Assembly (NCBI GenBank): GCA_964106915.2
Contig: OZ066919.1
Source: Podarcis gaigeae
Taxonomy: Eukaryota
DNA: 64,000 nucleotides
Strand: one strand, 5' to 3'
Shown: in pieces, positions 50,601-63,700 of the stretch
Layout of the letters: each line of letters starts with the position of its first letter
Numbering within the stretch: position 1 is the stretch's first letter
Program-made: the position numbers and the translations under genes
The notes under the pieces: model-generated
Told to the model about the DNA's origin: nothing
Databases searched by the model: none
What the model saw: the letters and a program-made list of their open reading frames with translations, nothing else

Positions 50601-52178
50601 GTTCAGAGGCACTAGTTGTACCCTTGCCCTTACCCCACACTTTTCCCAGGAAAACCCCCACTCTTTAGTGCTAAATCAGAGCAAACGTCAATCCAGGGAA
50701 AACACAGCTGGTGGAATGTGATTTCCCAGCCAGAAGTGTCAATACATCCTGACAGCTTTCCAAATAGGTTAATACTTGCCCCACATCTTATTGAACTGAT
50801 GCCTTTTTCTCCTGGTTTTCCTCCATCCCCTCTGCCTAACTATAGAAGTTATCTCGCCACATCCCACTGATTCTGTCCAATTGGATTTGCAAAGGACTAT
50901 GATTTGGCTCAAAGGCAGATGGTTGCTCCTTCCTCCTTCATAATGACCCCTTTCCTATCCAGAGCCTTTAGTTCAATGCCTTTTGGGGCCTACACACGAC
51001 AGTGATGGCTTGCTGCAATTACCTAGGCAGGGAGCTGCAGTGGAAGCCATTATGATGGCAGCAAACACATATACAACTTGGCACCAATGGATGGACCCTG
51101 TAGGCATGGCAGGCAGCACAGGAGAAGCCTGGTAGGGTAGTTTATCTCAGAGATCTGTGAGACAAGTAAGTTGGCATTCATACACAGCATATAGCTGGGA
51201 CTGTATTTGTTTCCTTAGAAATGTGTCTGACTTATTTCAATGGAATTTGCTTGAGCTCATTGCCTTTTGCAGTGGTGAACTTCTGTTACATTGGGACCTG
51301 CTGGTCAATCTCTAATCATTTGCAGTAGATGTGCAAGGAATTATGTTTATGAATTGTTTGACAACAACAGAATCATCCCTCTCCACCTGAAATTATACTA
51401 CTTGAAATGAAGAAAGATTGGGGGTAAACTGGAAAGGGTGTTTGGGTGGAAGGACTGTGAGCTCTGTTCGGTTCCAGTACTCAAAACAAAGTCCTGGACT
51501 CAGAATTATTTAATGTATGTCTTTTGCACCAGGCACTCTCTCAGTGAATCTTGGGGGTCTAATTAGAAACAAAGTAGATCCCACTGGAAGTGGCTCATGG
51601 GGTAGAGCAGAGCTGCTATTCCAGCTTCCCAGCAGGTGGGTCACTTCATCTTTCAGGATGAGGAGGGGAAGGCAGTGAGGAGGTCAGCACAGTGTAAATG
51701 CACTGGCGGAGCCAATCTAGTGGCACTGCTGGTGTGTTTGCACCATGCTGACATCCTCACCACCTCGTTCTCTCTCCCTTTTCCTTCTGGTAAGCAACAG
51801 TGTCTTATCTGTCACTAAGCTAAGATAGCAGCTCTGGTGAGGTGGGGCAGGGACAGGCAGGGATGAAGCACACCATTTATTTCACAGCAGTGCTGCTGCT
51901 GTTAATATCTGCCAGTCTCTTGCATGCCAAATAAATAAGATCTTCCCCCCAACAGAACCCACCAAATAAACTAAGAAGAGGAAGGGATAGGTTACATTTG
52001 CACAAATGGCTAAGGATTAAATTGTGGTGTGTAAAATTTTTGAAGCCACTTTATTATGACCAACCAAAACGCTGCAAAATGACAAGCAAGCTTTTGAGTC
52101 CACCAGAACGTTCCATCAACAACATTTAAATAAAGTATCACACCTGAGAGTCTTTGCCAAATGGTTCTTACTGGTATA

Positions 52179-52415
52179 AGAGCCAGTGTGGTCCAGTGGT
52201 TAGAGTGCTGTTTTAGGCCTGGGGAAACCAGAGTTAAGATCCCCACTCAACCATGAAGCTCACTGAGTGACCTTGAACTAGTCACTGCCTCTCCGCCTAA
52301 CCCACCTCACAGGATTGTTGTAAGAATTAAATTAGGAGGGGCAGAGGCATGTATGGCACCTTGAGCTCCTTGGAGAAAAAGATAGGATATAAATGCAATG
52401 AATGAATGAATGAAT
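52179..52415 (+). mobile_element. tRNA-derived MIR/L2-type SINE, full length
   Basis: A box tggtccagtgg, B-box-like gttaagatcc, core atgaagctcactg, (TGAA)n tail. Confidence 0.8.
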
Positions 52416-55400
52416 CTGATCTTTTTATAATTCTCATTGTAGTACTGCGTTTTCTGTCTGTAATCCACCTTGTGACAGAATTACTGATAGAACTATGTGA
52501 AAACCAGCAAGGGGACTTAAAATACCGGTAAATAAATAAATGGTGGGATCTAATGTGAGCCTTGCAATGCTCTGGGCTCTTTCAAAGCCCACTCGGCTCC
52601 AGCCTTGAGCAGAGTCCTTCACAAACAAGCTCAGCTGTGCTCTTAGGGGGGACAATGATGGATTTTCTGCCTTTCAACCAATCAGCACATCCATCCTGAA
52701 ATTCAGTCACATTAGTGACATTGAAAAGAGGATTGTATGGGGCCGGGGGAGGGAGTGGGAGGGGATTGTATGTTCATGTTGCAAAGAACTGAGACAGCTG
52801 AGAACAGGAAATGTGAGCAATGCAGATGGAAAATACACAGGAGGTGGGGGTCGGGGAGACAGCAGTTCATCCAGAGAGCACAGGGAATATTTGGGGGGCT
52901 TCCAGCTGGCAGGTCTGCCCATGATAAGACATTGCCTGTATCTTGCCATTCCCTTATCACAGAAACAAGAAGGGAAAGGATCTTTAAGGGGGGCGGGATG
53001 TTCATCTGGGGGAAATGTAATCTCTGCAAAGTAATGAGAGGCTGCCTGATCATGAGAGATGGAAGAATTGGCTTTCCCTCCAAGAACTTTTGGGAAACAA
53101 CACCATCATGCCAGACCATTGGCCATGCTTCCTGGGACTGATGGGGGGGGGGTGTAATCCAAAGCTTCCGGAGGAAGGATGCCAAATTGGTGGAGGTTTG
53201 CTTTATATCCTGAAGCCACTAGCTATCAGAGATGTTGCTGGATCAAAACTGATCCATCCAGTTTGGTGTGCATGTGGCCTAAGGTTCTGTACCTTTGATA
53301 TATAGGATTCCAGTTTTACAAATTATATGGGTTATATCCTAACTTTTTTTTGGGGGGGGGGGGAGTATTTCACTCACTTGCAAAGATCCTGATGCTCAGT
53401 ATGTATTCTTTTTCCTGCCTATGCATTGTTTGTTGCACACCTCAACTTTTCCTCATCCCTGGATTGGCCTGTCATAGTCTTAATTATCAAATAATGCACT
53501 GTGTGCACAAAATGATTTTGCATGGTATCACAAACCTCCCTAATCAGATTTGGGGGGGGGGGAAGACCACCGAAATCAAGACATGCCCCCATGCCTTTTG
53601 CAGTGGATGTGTTGCATGTGCATTGTGCACTCTGGGTAAAATGGGTAAACAAGATTCCATCCCTGAATAATCCTCTATTGGAATATTCTGACACTTCCTT
53701 TGTTGAAACCAAAGAGCCTAGCATCTACTTATTCAAATACTTTTTCAAGAGCTTCTCAGGGGGCAAAAAGAGTTGCATTGGTTGAAACTGGAGAGGCCAC
53801 AGTCATCTCTCCTCCCATCCCATCACGAATTTCAGCATCATCTTTCAGCTCTTTCTTCACCTCCCACAGTACAATCCACAATTCAGAAAGGCTACAGTAT
53901 GGACCAAACACATCTCTACATCATCCACTTCCTAGTGGAAAATCAAGTTGTGCGGCCCACACTGCCTTATTCTCTGTCTGTTCAAAGTTAGTGTGGGAGA
54001 AGCCCAAGTGTCACAAAGGTGCTTTACATTTGAATTAAATATACAGTGTGCCATACCATCTGTGTTTGGCAACCTTTCATTATATACATTTTTACACAAC
54101 CACAATATTTGAATTATCAAAGAGTTTATATAAATCAATTCCTACTATTGAGCTAAAAAACATGGTCTGCTCTGCCGTTCTTGGCAGAAAATGAAATGAA
54201 CAAAATTTCTATCTGTTTCTCACCACACAGGCCATTGCTTTGTTTTACACTAGCCAGAGTGTAAATCTGCAGGACCTCTTGAATTTCATGGGTGAGATCA
54301 GATTAGTATGAATGTATGTTATTTGATCTAGTTATCCGATTAACTCATTTATACAGTGGGTGAGACACCAACCCTGCAAGGCATAACACCGCAGGGGTAA
54401 CTTCAGTTATAGAACTAGGCACCTGGCAGGGGGTGTAATGAAGTAAGAAACCATTAGTCTCATTGAACTGCTCGATAAACAGAATACAGAGGCCCAGATT
54501 TCACTGACTCAGAACCACCAGAATAGCCACATGCTGTGGGCATGATTCAGAGAGAGTGCGAAAGAGAGCCCGCATGTCCTACCTTACAGAGGGGAGTCCT
54601 CTATTTGCAGGTGCCCTCCAAGTTTAGTCCAAGTGTGGTTTAAATAAACAGAACTGTAAAGAGGGAGAGCAGGGCCGCTGAAGCTGCCCATCAACAGCTC
54701 TTGAGCTGCTGGTACACAGATCACCTGTTCACAAAGCCTTCTCCATTATGGTTAAGGGTGGAAGAATCTGACCATTGCCATCCTCTCAGTTCCTCAGGGT
54801 TCCAATCTTAAACTTGTTTCTCCATGTTTCTGCAGCAATTTGAAATTTTTATTTGTTTTCTTAAAAATCCTCGTGAAAATTCTTAGTTATTTTAGTGCAA
54901 ATTTCTCTAGATGAAAACATTTTTGTATACCGTTTTGACTAATGTATACATTTTTTTGCAAGCAATTTCTCCTAACAAAATGCATTATGTTATGTTCACA
55001 CATATATATTCATTTTTATGCACACTTTTACCTAATATAGGCATTTTTTGTAAACATTGGTCACTTAGAGAACTGTATCACAAAATTCAGATAAATGCAA
55101 TTTTTAAAGGATGGCTATGTTTCGGTTCTCAGACCATCAAAATTGAATCAAAAATTCAATTTGATAAATTTGGCTTTAAATGTGAACTGAATCAAATTTC
55201 TCCCCCATCCCCAACAATGGGAAGATGCACTGAATTCCTATTTAAATTATAGACATTATTTCTAAATTTGCATCTATATTTATTCATTAGGAATTTTTTG
55301 CCCAATGTGGGGCTCAAACCCATAAACCCTGAGTTTAATAGTTTCACGCTCTACCTAATGAGCTATCCCTGCTAAAGACGTGTGCCCAATGTTTGGTGTA

Positions 55401-56885
55401 AGTCCATGAAAGGTGCACTACTAATAAATTCTTTTCCTGTTTCTTACCTTTGTGGCTAATACCCTTCACAGAAAAGGCACTAAAAGCCATCAATAATCCA
55501 AGCTGACTTTCAGAGTAGTAAATATGATGGCAGATGCCCATAGCAGAAGTTCACAGGATTACATCATGAAATGTCCAGTAACATAGCCCTGAAATTTCAC
55601 CAGCTCTTTTTTCACAACATCCTCCTAAATGACTGAACTGTGAACAGAATCTGCACCACTCTGACCCATCTTTAAAGCCCTTCTATAAACACACAGAAGG
55701 CTAGTAGTTCTATTGATTTTATTAACCAAAGCTTTTAAAGCAAGAATAATGTTTGGCGTTTATAGGCACTAAGTGACTTATCCCTCCTAGCCATATTTAG
55801 AGCAGCCCTGCTCCCTAATGTATATTAACCTCCCCATGTATTGAAAACACCAAGTAAGGCTTTCCTTTGGGTGCCCTTGCCACCTCCAGAAAGGTGGGTG
55901 GTCAGTGGAGCAAGGGTCTTCTCAGTGGCGGCACCCTGTCCTATCTTGTGAGCATTGGGGTTGGAGAGGGAGACTGGAATGGAACAGAATATCCCAGTGG
56001 GGCAAGGGATGAGGAGAGGCAGATATCACTGGCTGGCTTGAACACGGATCAGAAGCTCCCTTATTCTTGAAAATAATTAAGCGTGCACAGAATTGCTGCT
56101 ATAACCATTGCGTTATGCCAGATCTCCCTTGAATATCTCAGTAATACCTTTTAAACAGTGGGAGTTGGCAAGCCTTACTTGCTTTGGGAACTGACAGAAA
56201 AGTAGGAAATGTGACCGGGGGAGAAAGAAATTGCAGTGGGACTTGAGGAGGTACTCACTACTGAGCAAAGCAAGCATGCTGGGATGTTGTATCCTGTGTG
56301 TCTTGATGTGACCCAGTTCTGCAGCAGTTTGGCCCAGCATAATGTGGGAAATAGGGGGTAACTGAATGACCTCCCTGCCCCCACTTCTCCCCCCCCCCCC
56401 ACCTTCGTATAAATAAGAAAGTGACATGATGCAGCTCAGACTGTATGCCAGTAAGCCTAGCAGGGGCCATCTGCTCACAGTGAGAGGGGATTACACTTTC
56501 AGGCGACAAAGGCCTTTCCAACCCCCTCCTCCAGCACAAAGGAAGAGATGGCTGGTGCCACCAAGCTCTGCTGGGGGAATCAACCTTCTGTGTGCAACTG
56601 CCCCTCTCCATTCACCGACAAAGACTCCTGGTAATCTCAGCTTCTTGCCACAGGGTGGTCATTCCCAAACAATGCATAGGAGAAACTGCTAAGGCACAGT
56701 GAGGTACTCTGTTCTTCTGATGAACAGCTATCAGAGGGCTCTTTCTCCCAGTGTTTAACTGGAAGATTTCCACACAGCCTCTGCTGGGGGAAGAACATTC
56801 AGGGACATCTCTTGTAATAAGAGTTAATCCTCATGGGTCAATAGACAGGGATGATGGGAACCTAGAACACCTAGAGGCCCAAAAC

Positions 56886-56945
56886 TCCCTAAAGGGTAGG
56901 TAATTTTTCCCTAAAGGGTAGGTAACATCCCTAAAGGGTAGGTAA
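56886..56945. repeat. Three copies of TCCCTAAAGGGTAGGTAA
   Basis: Copies at 56886, 56908 and 56928 with 2-4 nt linkers. Confidence 0.9.
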
Positions 56946-57112
56946 TTTTTATTCTTATGTATTCTAAAAGCAAACCTTTTTAGATCCAAGACTGAAGTGT
57001 GCCTCCTGTTTTAACTGGGGCTGTGCATGTCCCGGTTACAGTAATTTGGGAAATGCTACAATATGCAAAGGGTGGTGAGAATGCAATATCAGCTGGTGTT
57101 TCCTATCAAAAA

Positions 57113-57530
57113 GTTGTTGTTGTTGTTAATAATAATAATACCCCGCCCATCTGGCTGGGTTTCCCCAGCCACTATGGGCTGTTCCCAACAGAATATTAAA
57201 AGCACAATAAAACGCCAAACATTAAAAACTTCCCTAAACAGGGCTGCCTTCAGATGTCTTCTAAAAGGCAGCAAGTTGTTTATTTCTTTGACATTTGATG
57301 GGAGGGCATTCCACAGGGTTGGCACCACTACCGAGAAGGCCCTCTGCCTGGTTCCCTGTAACCTCACTTCTCGCAGTGAGGGAACTACCAGAAGGCCCTT
57401 GGAGCTGGACCTCAGTGTCCAGGCTGAATGATTAGGGTGGACACGCTCCTTCAGGTATACTGGGCCGAGGCCGTTTAGGGCTTTAAAGGTCAGCACCAAC
57501 ACTTTGAATTGTGCTCGGAAATGTACTGGG
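57113..57530 (-). mobile_element. L2-clade LINE 3' fragment
   Basis: ORF 57089..57556 RAQFKVLVLTFKALNGLGPVYL...LRSS...RAFSVVVPTLWNALP is a typical L2 ORF2 C-terminus; simple-repeat (TTA/ACA) tail. Confidence 0.85.
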
Positions 57531-57653
57531 AAGGAAGCTTGAGATGCTATTGGCATAGATGGAATCTAGCTTAGCACCAACACTTTGAATTGTGCTCGGA
57601 AATGTACTGAGAAGGAAGCTTGAGATTCTATTGGCATAGATGGAATCTACCTT
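57492..57653. repeat. 81-bp tandem duplication (2 copies, 3 mismatches)
   Basis: agcaccaacactttgaattgtgctcggaaatgtactg...ggaatcta(g/c)ctt at 57492-57572 and 57573-57653. Confidence 0.92.
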
Positions 57654-59119
57654 AGCCCTAGTTAATAATAATTTCCTTACTCTGTCTTACAATGCACAGG
57701 GATTGCATTTTTGCACACCCTTTGCACTGGATGGTAACTGTTCATGTTTTCACAAAGGGAAAATAAACACACACCATTAACATCATCTTTCTTCTTGTTA
57801 CCAGGACTGTGTGTACTTTGCAATAATACAGTATTTTTTGGGGGGAGGGAACTGCCTAAGGAACCTAAATTCTGCACCCGAAAGGCTGAACTGCATAAAA
57901 ATTATACATTTCAGAATTTCTATGTGTGTATAGGTTTAGATTGCCTGGGCAGATAAAGTTTCAAAAAAAAAAAAGTTATGACGAAGTACACACTGCCCTG
58001 TGACTGAGAAGAAAAGAGGATAATGTTAATTGTTCATTCTGTTCACAAAGAAAAACAAACACATAAATAATGAATCATTAATATACTATATATAATATAG
58101 CAATTATTATAATGTATGAAATTATTATACTGTATATAATATAATATGCAACATAAAGATGTATACTAGGTAACTGATACAAAGCAAGGTAATTTGTATA
58201 ATTCTTGCCAAAATAAGTTTTATTTTCAAATTTTGCTATATTGCATAATTTAGGAAATGGGTGAAGAGCTATGCTTCAGCTATGCTGAAGCCTGGCCTCC
58301 ATCCTTTGGAAATCTTGTTCAGCAAAACTCCTGACTGTCAATAAACACCTCCTACATATGTTCAAACATACATTCAAAGCCATGAGGGCTAGGAACTTGA
58401 AGAAGGTGAAGAAGATGAAAACCAAAACAAAAAATCTGAGATTCTCTGGATCCTGAATCCAGCATAGTGCTAAGGCAAGGATTTTTGTTTGCACAGCATA
58501 ATGCTCTTCCCATCTCCTGCCTTTCAGTGCTCCCTAAATCTGTTCTGGGAGTTTCCCTAACCATCTGGAGCAGATTTGGGGAGGGGGAAATGGGTGCACG
58601 CAAACTGGGTGGGGAGTACAAGCCAAAATCCTTGTGTTGACAGGACAAGGTATTTGAATTCTGAGTCCAGTCGGGTACTGAGTGCTTTTTCCTTCTCTAC
58701 CCCAATGGAATTGCAACATAATTACTTGCTGTCAGTGCCAATGGGATGCTCTTCAAGGCCTTAGAAGGTTGTGCCATTGGCTTATGGTTTATCCATTTGC
58801 CATATTTATAGTGTGTGTGTGTACATATATACACATATATATGTCTGTGTGTAGCATAACTGCAAAAATAAGATGAAACTGCATGCCCAAATGAATATCA
58901 GTGCTTTGACCAATATGTTTGAAAGTCAAATGTTAAATTTGAAAGTCAAATGTTAACCTTTATGAGATATCGGTTTAGTCCCAAAGGAGAGCAGATCACA
59001 CTCAAGTGTGATTTTGATCCTCCAGCGCCAGGATTAAAATATGGCACCAGTCTATTAAAAAAATTCTGGGGGTTTGGTGAGGAGGTAGTGGATGTGGCAG
59101 CAGGGATCCCCCAGATATC

Positions 59120-59200
59120 CGTGTGGCCACTGTGGGAACAGGATGCTGGACTAGATGGGCCACTGGCCTGATCCAGCAAGCTCTTGTTAGCTTCTTATGT
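59120..59200 (+). mobile_element. CR1 LINE 3'-end fragment
   Basis: tggccactgtgggaacaggatgctggactagatgggccactggcctgatccagc...cttcttatg. Confidence 0.7.
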
Positions 59201-60040
59201 ATTTCTCCTTCCTGGAAACTGGATATTTTTTTCAGTTATCTTCTGCATATAGTGAGACTGCTTTCATGATGTCAGGTGGCTGCACATTATTTTGATAATT
59301 CCAAGTGAACTCCGGAGAGGTTTTTGTTTGGCAAAAGGAAACTAAAACCAGAAAGAAAATGAGCTATTCTCCTTCCTCTCAACCTGGCATATATTGTTAT
59401 CCTTCTTTTGTGAATCACTGGCTCTCCATAATAACCCTGTTAGGTAAGACCAGGAGGGAGGGAGGGAGAAAGCACAATTGAAACCAAGACCAATGAAGCA
59501 CAAGAACATTACAAAATAGGCAGGAAGGAGTGGGCTGCTCTTGTTTTTGTAATTAACAGGGACAGGACTTCCAGAACTGTTACGAGCTTTGCAAATACCT
59601 ATTTAGAATCAAGACGTTGCTCCCCCAAAATAAACCCTTTCCAAATTCTTTGGAGCCAAATGCCAAGACTCGCCAAGGAAAACATTCCAAAATAGATCTA
59701 AGAATGCCTCCACTGTCATCATGACACTGTAGAATGGCAATATGTGCTTATGATGCTTGAGAATTGCTATCTTCATCACCTCCTACTCAAGAGGGGATGG
59801 CCATTGTGGTTGGGAGGGTGGAAGCTTCATCTGTCACACTGGTGTTTATACTGCAGATTTAATGTGTCACAGTTTAGTATTAGATTGCACAATCTTCACC
59901 CCAAACTTCAGAATGCATAAAGGCACAAAAACTCCCATTTCTTAATGCAGTGGGCTTACCCCATAACCTTCAAGGACAGTGGCTGTGTACTCATACAGAT
60001 GGAAGCTGGATTAGAGGGAAATTCACCAAACCTCAATGTT

Positions 60041-61365
60041 TCATAGAATTATAGACTCATAAAACTGTAGAGTTGTAAGGGACCACAATGCAGGAATCTC
60101 AACTGGGTCATACATGAGAGATGGCCATCTAACCCCTGCATAAAAGCCTTCAAGGAAGGAGAGTCCACCACCTCTCATGGAAGTCTCTGTCAAATAGCAC
60201 TTACTGTCAGAAAGTTCTTACTGTTATTTATTTGGAATCTCCTTTCTTGTAACTTGAATCATTGATTCAGGTCCTATCCTCCAGAGCAGGAGAAAATAAG
60301 CTAGCTCCATTCTCCATGTGACAGCCCTTTAGATATCTGAAGATGGCTATCATATCTCCTCTCAGTCTCCTCCTTTCCAGGCTAAACATACCCAGCTCCC
60401 TCAACCATTGCTCATAAGGATGGGTTTCCAGATCCTTGATCATCTTGTTTGCCCTCCTCTTCACACCTTCCATATTGTCAATATCCTTCTTAAATTGTAG
60501 TGCACAGAAGTGGACACAGTACTCCAGGTGTGCTCTGACCAAGACAGAATTAGAGCAGAACTATTACTTCCCTTGATTGGGGCACTTCTTGTTGTTTAGT
60601 CGTTAAGTCATGTCCGACTCTTTGTGACTCTATGATCCAGAGCACCAGGGTATAAGGTTTCTGTTAATGCCACACTGTTGACTTATGTTAAGCTTATAGT
60701 CTATAAGACCCCCAGATCCTTTTCACATGTACAACTGGCAATCCGGATGTTCCCCATCTTATATTTGTACAGCTGGTTCTTCATGCCTAAGTGCAGAACC
60801 TTACATTTGCCCCTATTGAAATTCATTTTGCTGGTTTATAGCCAGTTCTCCAATACGTTAAGGTCATATTGAATCCCAATTCTGTCTTCAGTGGCATGGG
60901 TACACCTCCCAGTCTCATGTCACCTGCAAATTTGATTAGCATCCCCTCAATACTTTCATCCACGTCATTTATAACAATGTTTAACAACCCTGGACCCAGG
61001 ACAGAACTCTGCAGCAGTATGCTGCACCCCACTTTTCTCCAGGATGACAAGGAACCATTAGCGAGTACTCTGTGGGTTTAGTCAGCCAACCAGCTACAAA
61101 GCCACCTGACAGTTACCTCATCCAGTCTACATTTTATCAGCTTCTCCAGAAGAGTATCATGAGGGACTTTGTCAAAAACCTTACTGAAATCAAGATACAC
61201 TACGTCCACAGCATTCCCCTAATCCATCAAGTCTGTAACTCTGTCAAAAAACAAAGAAAACAATGAGATTTGTCTGGCATGACTTGTTTGTGAGGAACCC
61301 ATGCTGGGTCTTAGTAATCACAGCATCCTTTCCTAAGTGCTCATAGCCCTTTCCTGGTATTGAGG
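60041..61365 (-). mobile_element. CR1 LINE, 5'-truncated, decayed reverse transcriptase
   Basis: Peptides SVLGPGLLNIVINDVDESIEGMLIKFAGD (FADD-like) and VRAHLEYCVHFCALQFKKDID...SLERRRLRGDMI; (ATTCTATG)-like tail at 60041-60070; frameshifted. Confidence 0.93.
60589..60649 (-). mobile_element. BovB 3' fragment nested in CR1
   Basis: gttgtttagtcgttaagtcatgtccgactctttgtgac matches 21672-21787. Confidence 0.8.
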
Positions 61366-62124
61366 ACCCACAAACCAGGTTTAATAAGAAATGACAGGAC
61401 AGATACAGCTAACATCTGCGACTGTATACCATTTCGCAAGCCTACGGCAGCAGCACACTGGATGCAGAGTAAATGGGAGTGTGTACACAGCTGCATCATA
61501 GCTTCCTGTCACACAGCTGTAAAATGAACGGTCATAGATGAATATGGTATCTGCAACTTTGCAGTTTGCTTATGCATTTAATCTGCAGAGTAGCTGATAT
61601 GCAGGAGTCTGTCACTTGTAGTCCTATGGATACAAATGAACATCTAAATCTTTTCCCTAGAGCATGCGACTACAGGGGGTAAAACTCAGAGCGGTGACTA
61701 CACTTCATTTTCATTGCAACAGCCATCAACTTTAACACACAAATCAATAAAGGACCAGGCACTTCAGCTCCAACACTGGTGCCTCTGGCCTTTTTGTCAC
61801 CCTGCAAATCAGGTTTAATTATCACTTGTGAAAAACAGACACCAGACCAGCTGAACATCAAAAGGGAATGTGATAAACTTCCTTACCATATATATTGTCA
61901 GTGTCAGCATCACTCCTCTTGCAAGTGATCCAAAGCTGCACTAGTCTAAGGCCCCCAAAAGAACAGATGTTAAAAGCAGCAAGCTAACCAAATTATTGGG
62001 CATGACTGCATGTGTGCTGCATTAATTACAATGGAGGGGGCTCTAACTGTTTAAAAAATCTCCATAGCAAAGCAAGGCCTTTCATGTACTAATATGGAGG
62101 AATGAACAATGGTTTCAAATGCTG

Positions 62125-62340
62125 GCTAGGTGGTTTGATGATTAGAGTATTGAACTAGGGCCTAGAAAACCAGGGTTCAAATCCTGAATTAGCCATGAAG
62201 CTCACTTGATGGCCATGGGCCAGTCACTGTCTCTCAGCTTAACCCTACCTCACATGGTTGTCGTGAGGATAAAGTGGAGATGTGAAAAAACACCTTGAGC
62301 TCTGTGGAGGAAAGGTGGGACATAAATGTAATAATAAATA
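62125..62340 (+). mobile_element. tRNA-derived MIR/L2-type SINE
   Basis: B box gggttcaaatcc, gccatgaagctcact core, (TAAA) tail. Confidence 0.7.
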
Positions 62341-62463
62341 CATCAACACATTTTCTGTTGGGCTCACACCCTGAATTCTCCACAAGCAACCCATCATTCT
62401 TTTGCACATTTGGCTATTCTGCTTTAATAGTGCGTAAAGAATTTTGCTTTAATGGGAAGATAT

Positions 62464-62645
62464 GGACACAGGAAGCTGCCTTATATTAAGTCAGACAACT
62501 AGTCCACCTAGTTCAGCATTGTCTATACGGACTGGCAGCAGCTCTCCAAGGTTTCAGGCAGGGGATCTCTTTCAGAGGCTGAGGCTTTAGCCACAGCCCT
62601 TCTGCAAGCCAGGCCAATGTTCCACCACTGAGCTACTGCCCCTCC
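62464..62645 (-). mobile_element. tRNA-derived SINE (Squam3-like)
   Basis: Reverse complement begins ggcagtagctcagtggtgga and ends aaggcagcttcctgtgtcc. Confidence 0.65.
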
Positions 62646-62989
62646 TCTTCTCAGCTACGCCCACAATTAAATTATGTGTGTTAAAATATAACATGCTGAA
62701 TGAGCCCAAAATCCAAACTACCACTCAAAGCTATAAAAAAAGATGATGAGTAAAGTGGACCAAAGGAGAGGCACACCGAGCCCTCGTCATCCTTCCCTTA
62801 GGTGCTTTATTTGCTGTGACACCGACCCTACGAGCTTCTTGCTCGGCAGTGCAAATACAAAATAACATGACATTGCTCCATGCAGTCCTCTGCCCACCGA
62901 ATTATCAAAGAAATGCAATGCACCGAACTTCAGCGCTCTCCACTATATGGCAGCCTTCCACACAGCAGGTCAAAAGAGGACAACTTCAA

Positions 62990-63700
62990 TACGCGCGGGT
63001 GGGGAGCGGGAGGGAAGGATTAGAAAGGGCCGGCCTTGGTGACGTCTCAATGTCATATGCAAATGAAGGCGACGTCACCCCAGGCTTCCAATCCCAGGCA
63101 GCCAATGGGGGCGGGGGTTGAGATCAACCTTTAATCTTAATCCGCTGGTGGAGAAACAAGTAACAAAAGAGGCAAAGACAAGGGAATGTGAAGAATCAAG
63201 CAGGGCCGTGAAACTGACTGAGCGCAGAGCGGCGACTGGTCCTCCAGGTTGAGGAAACGCGACGCCTTGTTTGTCGTTTCAACAGCTCTGCCTTTTGTTC
63301 CCTTTTACCTACGTCAAGAGGAGAGACCCGGGCCCCGATCCTGCCTCCTGCAAGCCTGACGAAGTGGGGGGACTCGCATAGGTCACGAAAGCTTGTTGTT
63401 GTTACGCCACAACAGCGCATCCGTTCGCCCTTTGCGCTTGGCGCGGAGATACATTTCCATAGAAGGCCGGACGCTGCGGGTTCTCGCCTTCCCTGCCCTC
63501 CACCGCACCCCGATCCACAAGTGCACGCTCGGTTTATAAACTATAAGTCAAGAGGCGATCCAATAAGGCACGTTCGTAGTTCGCTTGCAAAGAGTCACAC
63601 ACAAGTCAGAACTCTTCCCGTTTTTATTTTTGAACAAACACCCGGCGGGAGTGACGCCAAGGACAACAAATCAAGTCCGCATTTTGCATTAGGAGCCCAT
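62990..63700. promoter_or_regulatory. CpG-rich promoter/enhancer-like region, probably the TP53INP2 5' regulatory region
   Basis: Local CpG enrichment; CRE-like GGTGACGTC (63038) and GACGTCACC (63071), octamer ATGCAAAT (63057), CCAAT (63088, 63102, 63560), GC box (63107), TTTATAAA (63533). Confidence 0.6.

Noticed and set aside
52179-52260. tRNA gene
   Set aside because: A/B boxes belong to a SINE head with several related copies in the window; no cloverleaf.
52707-53185. Cluster of overlapping 70-157 aa ORFs
   Set aside because: Purine-skewed intronic sequence with no homology signal or exon structure.
56886-56945. CRISPR-like direct repeats
   Set aside because: Linkers of only 2-4 nt, vertebrate DNA, no cas genes; simple tandem duplication.
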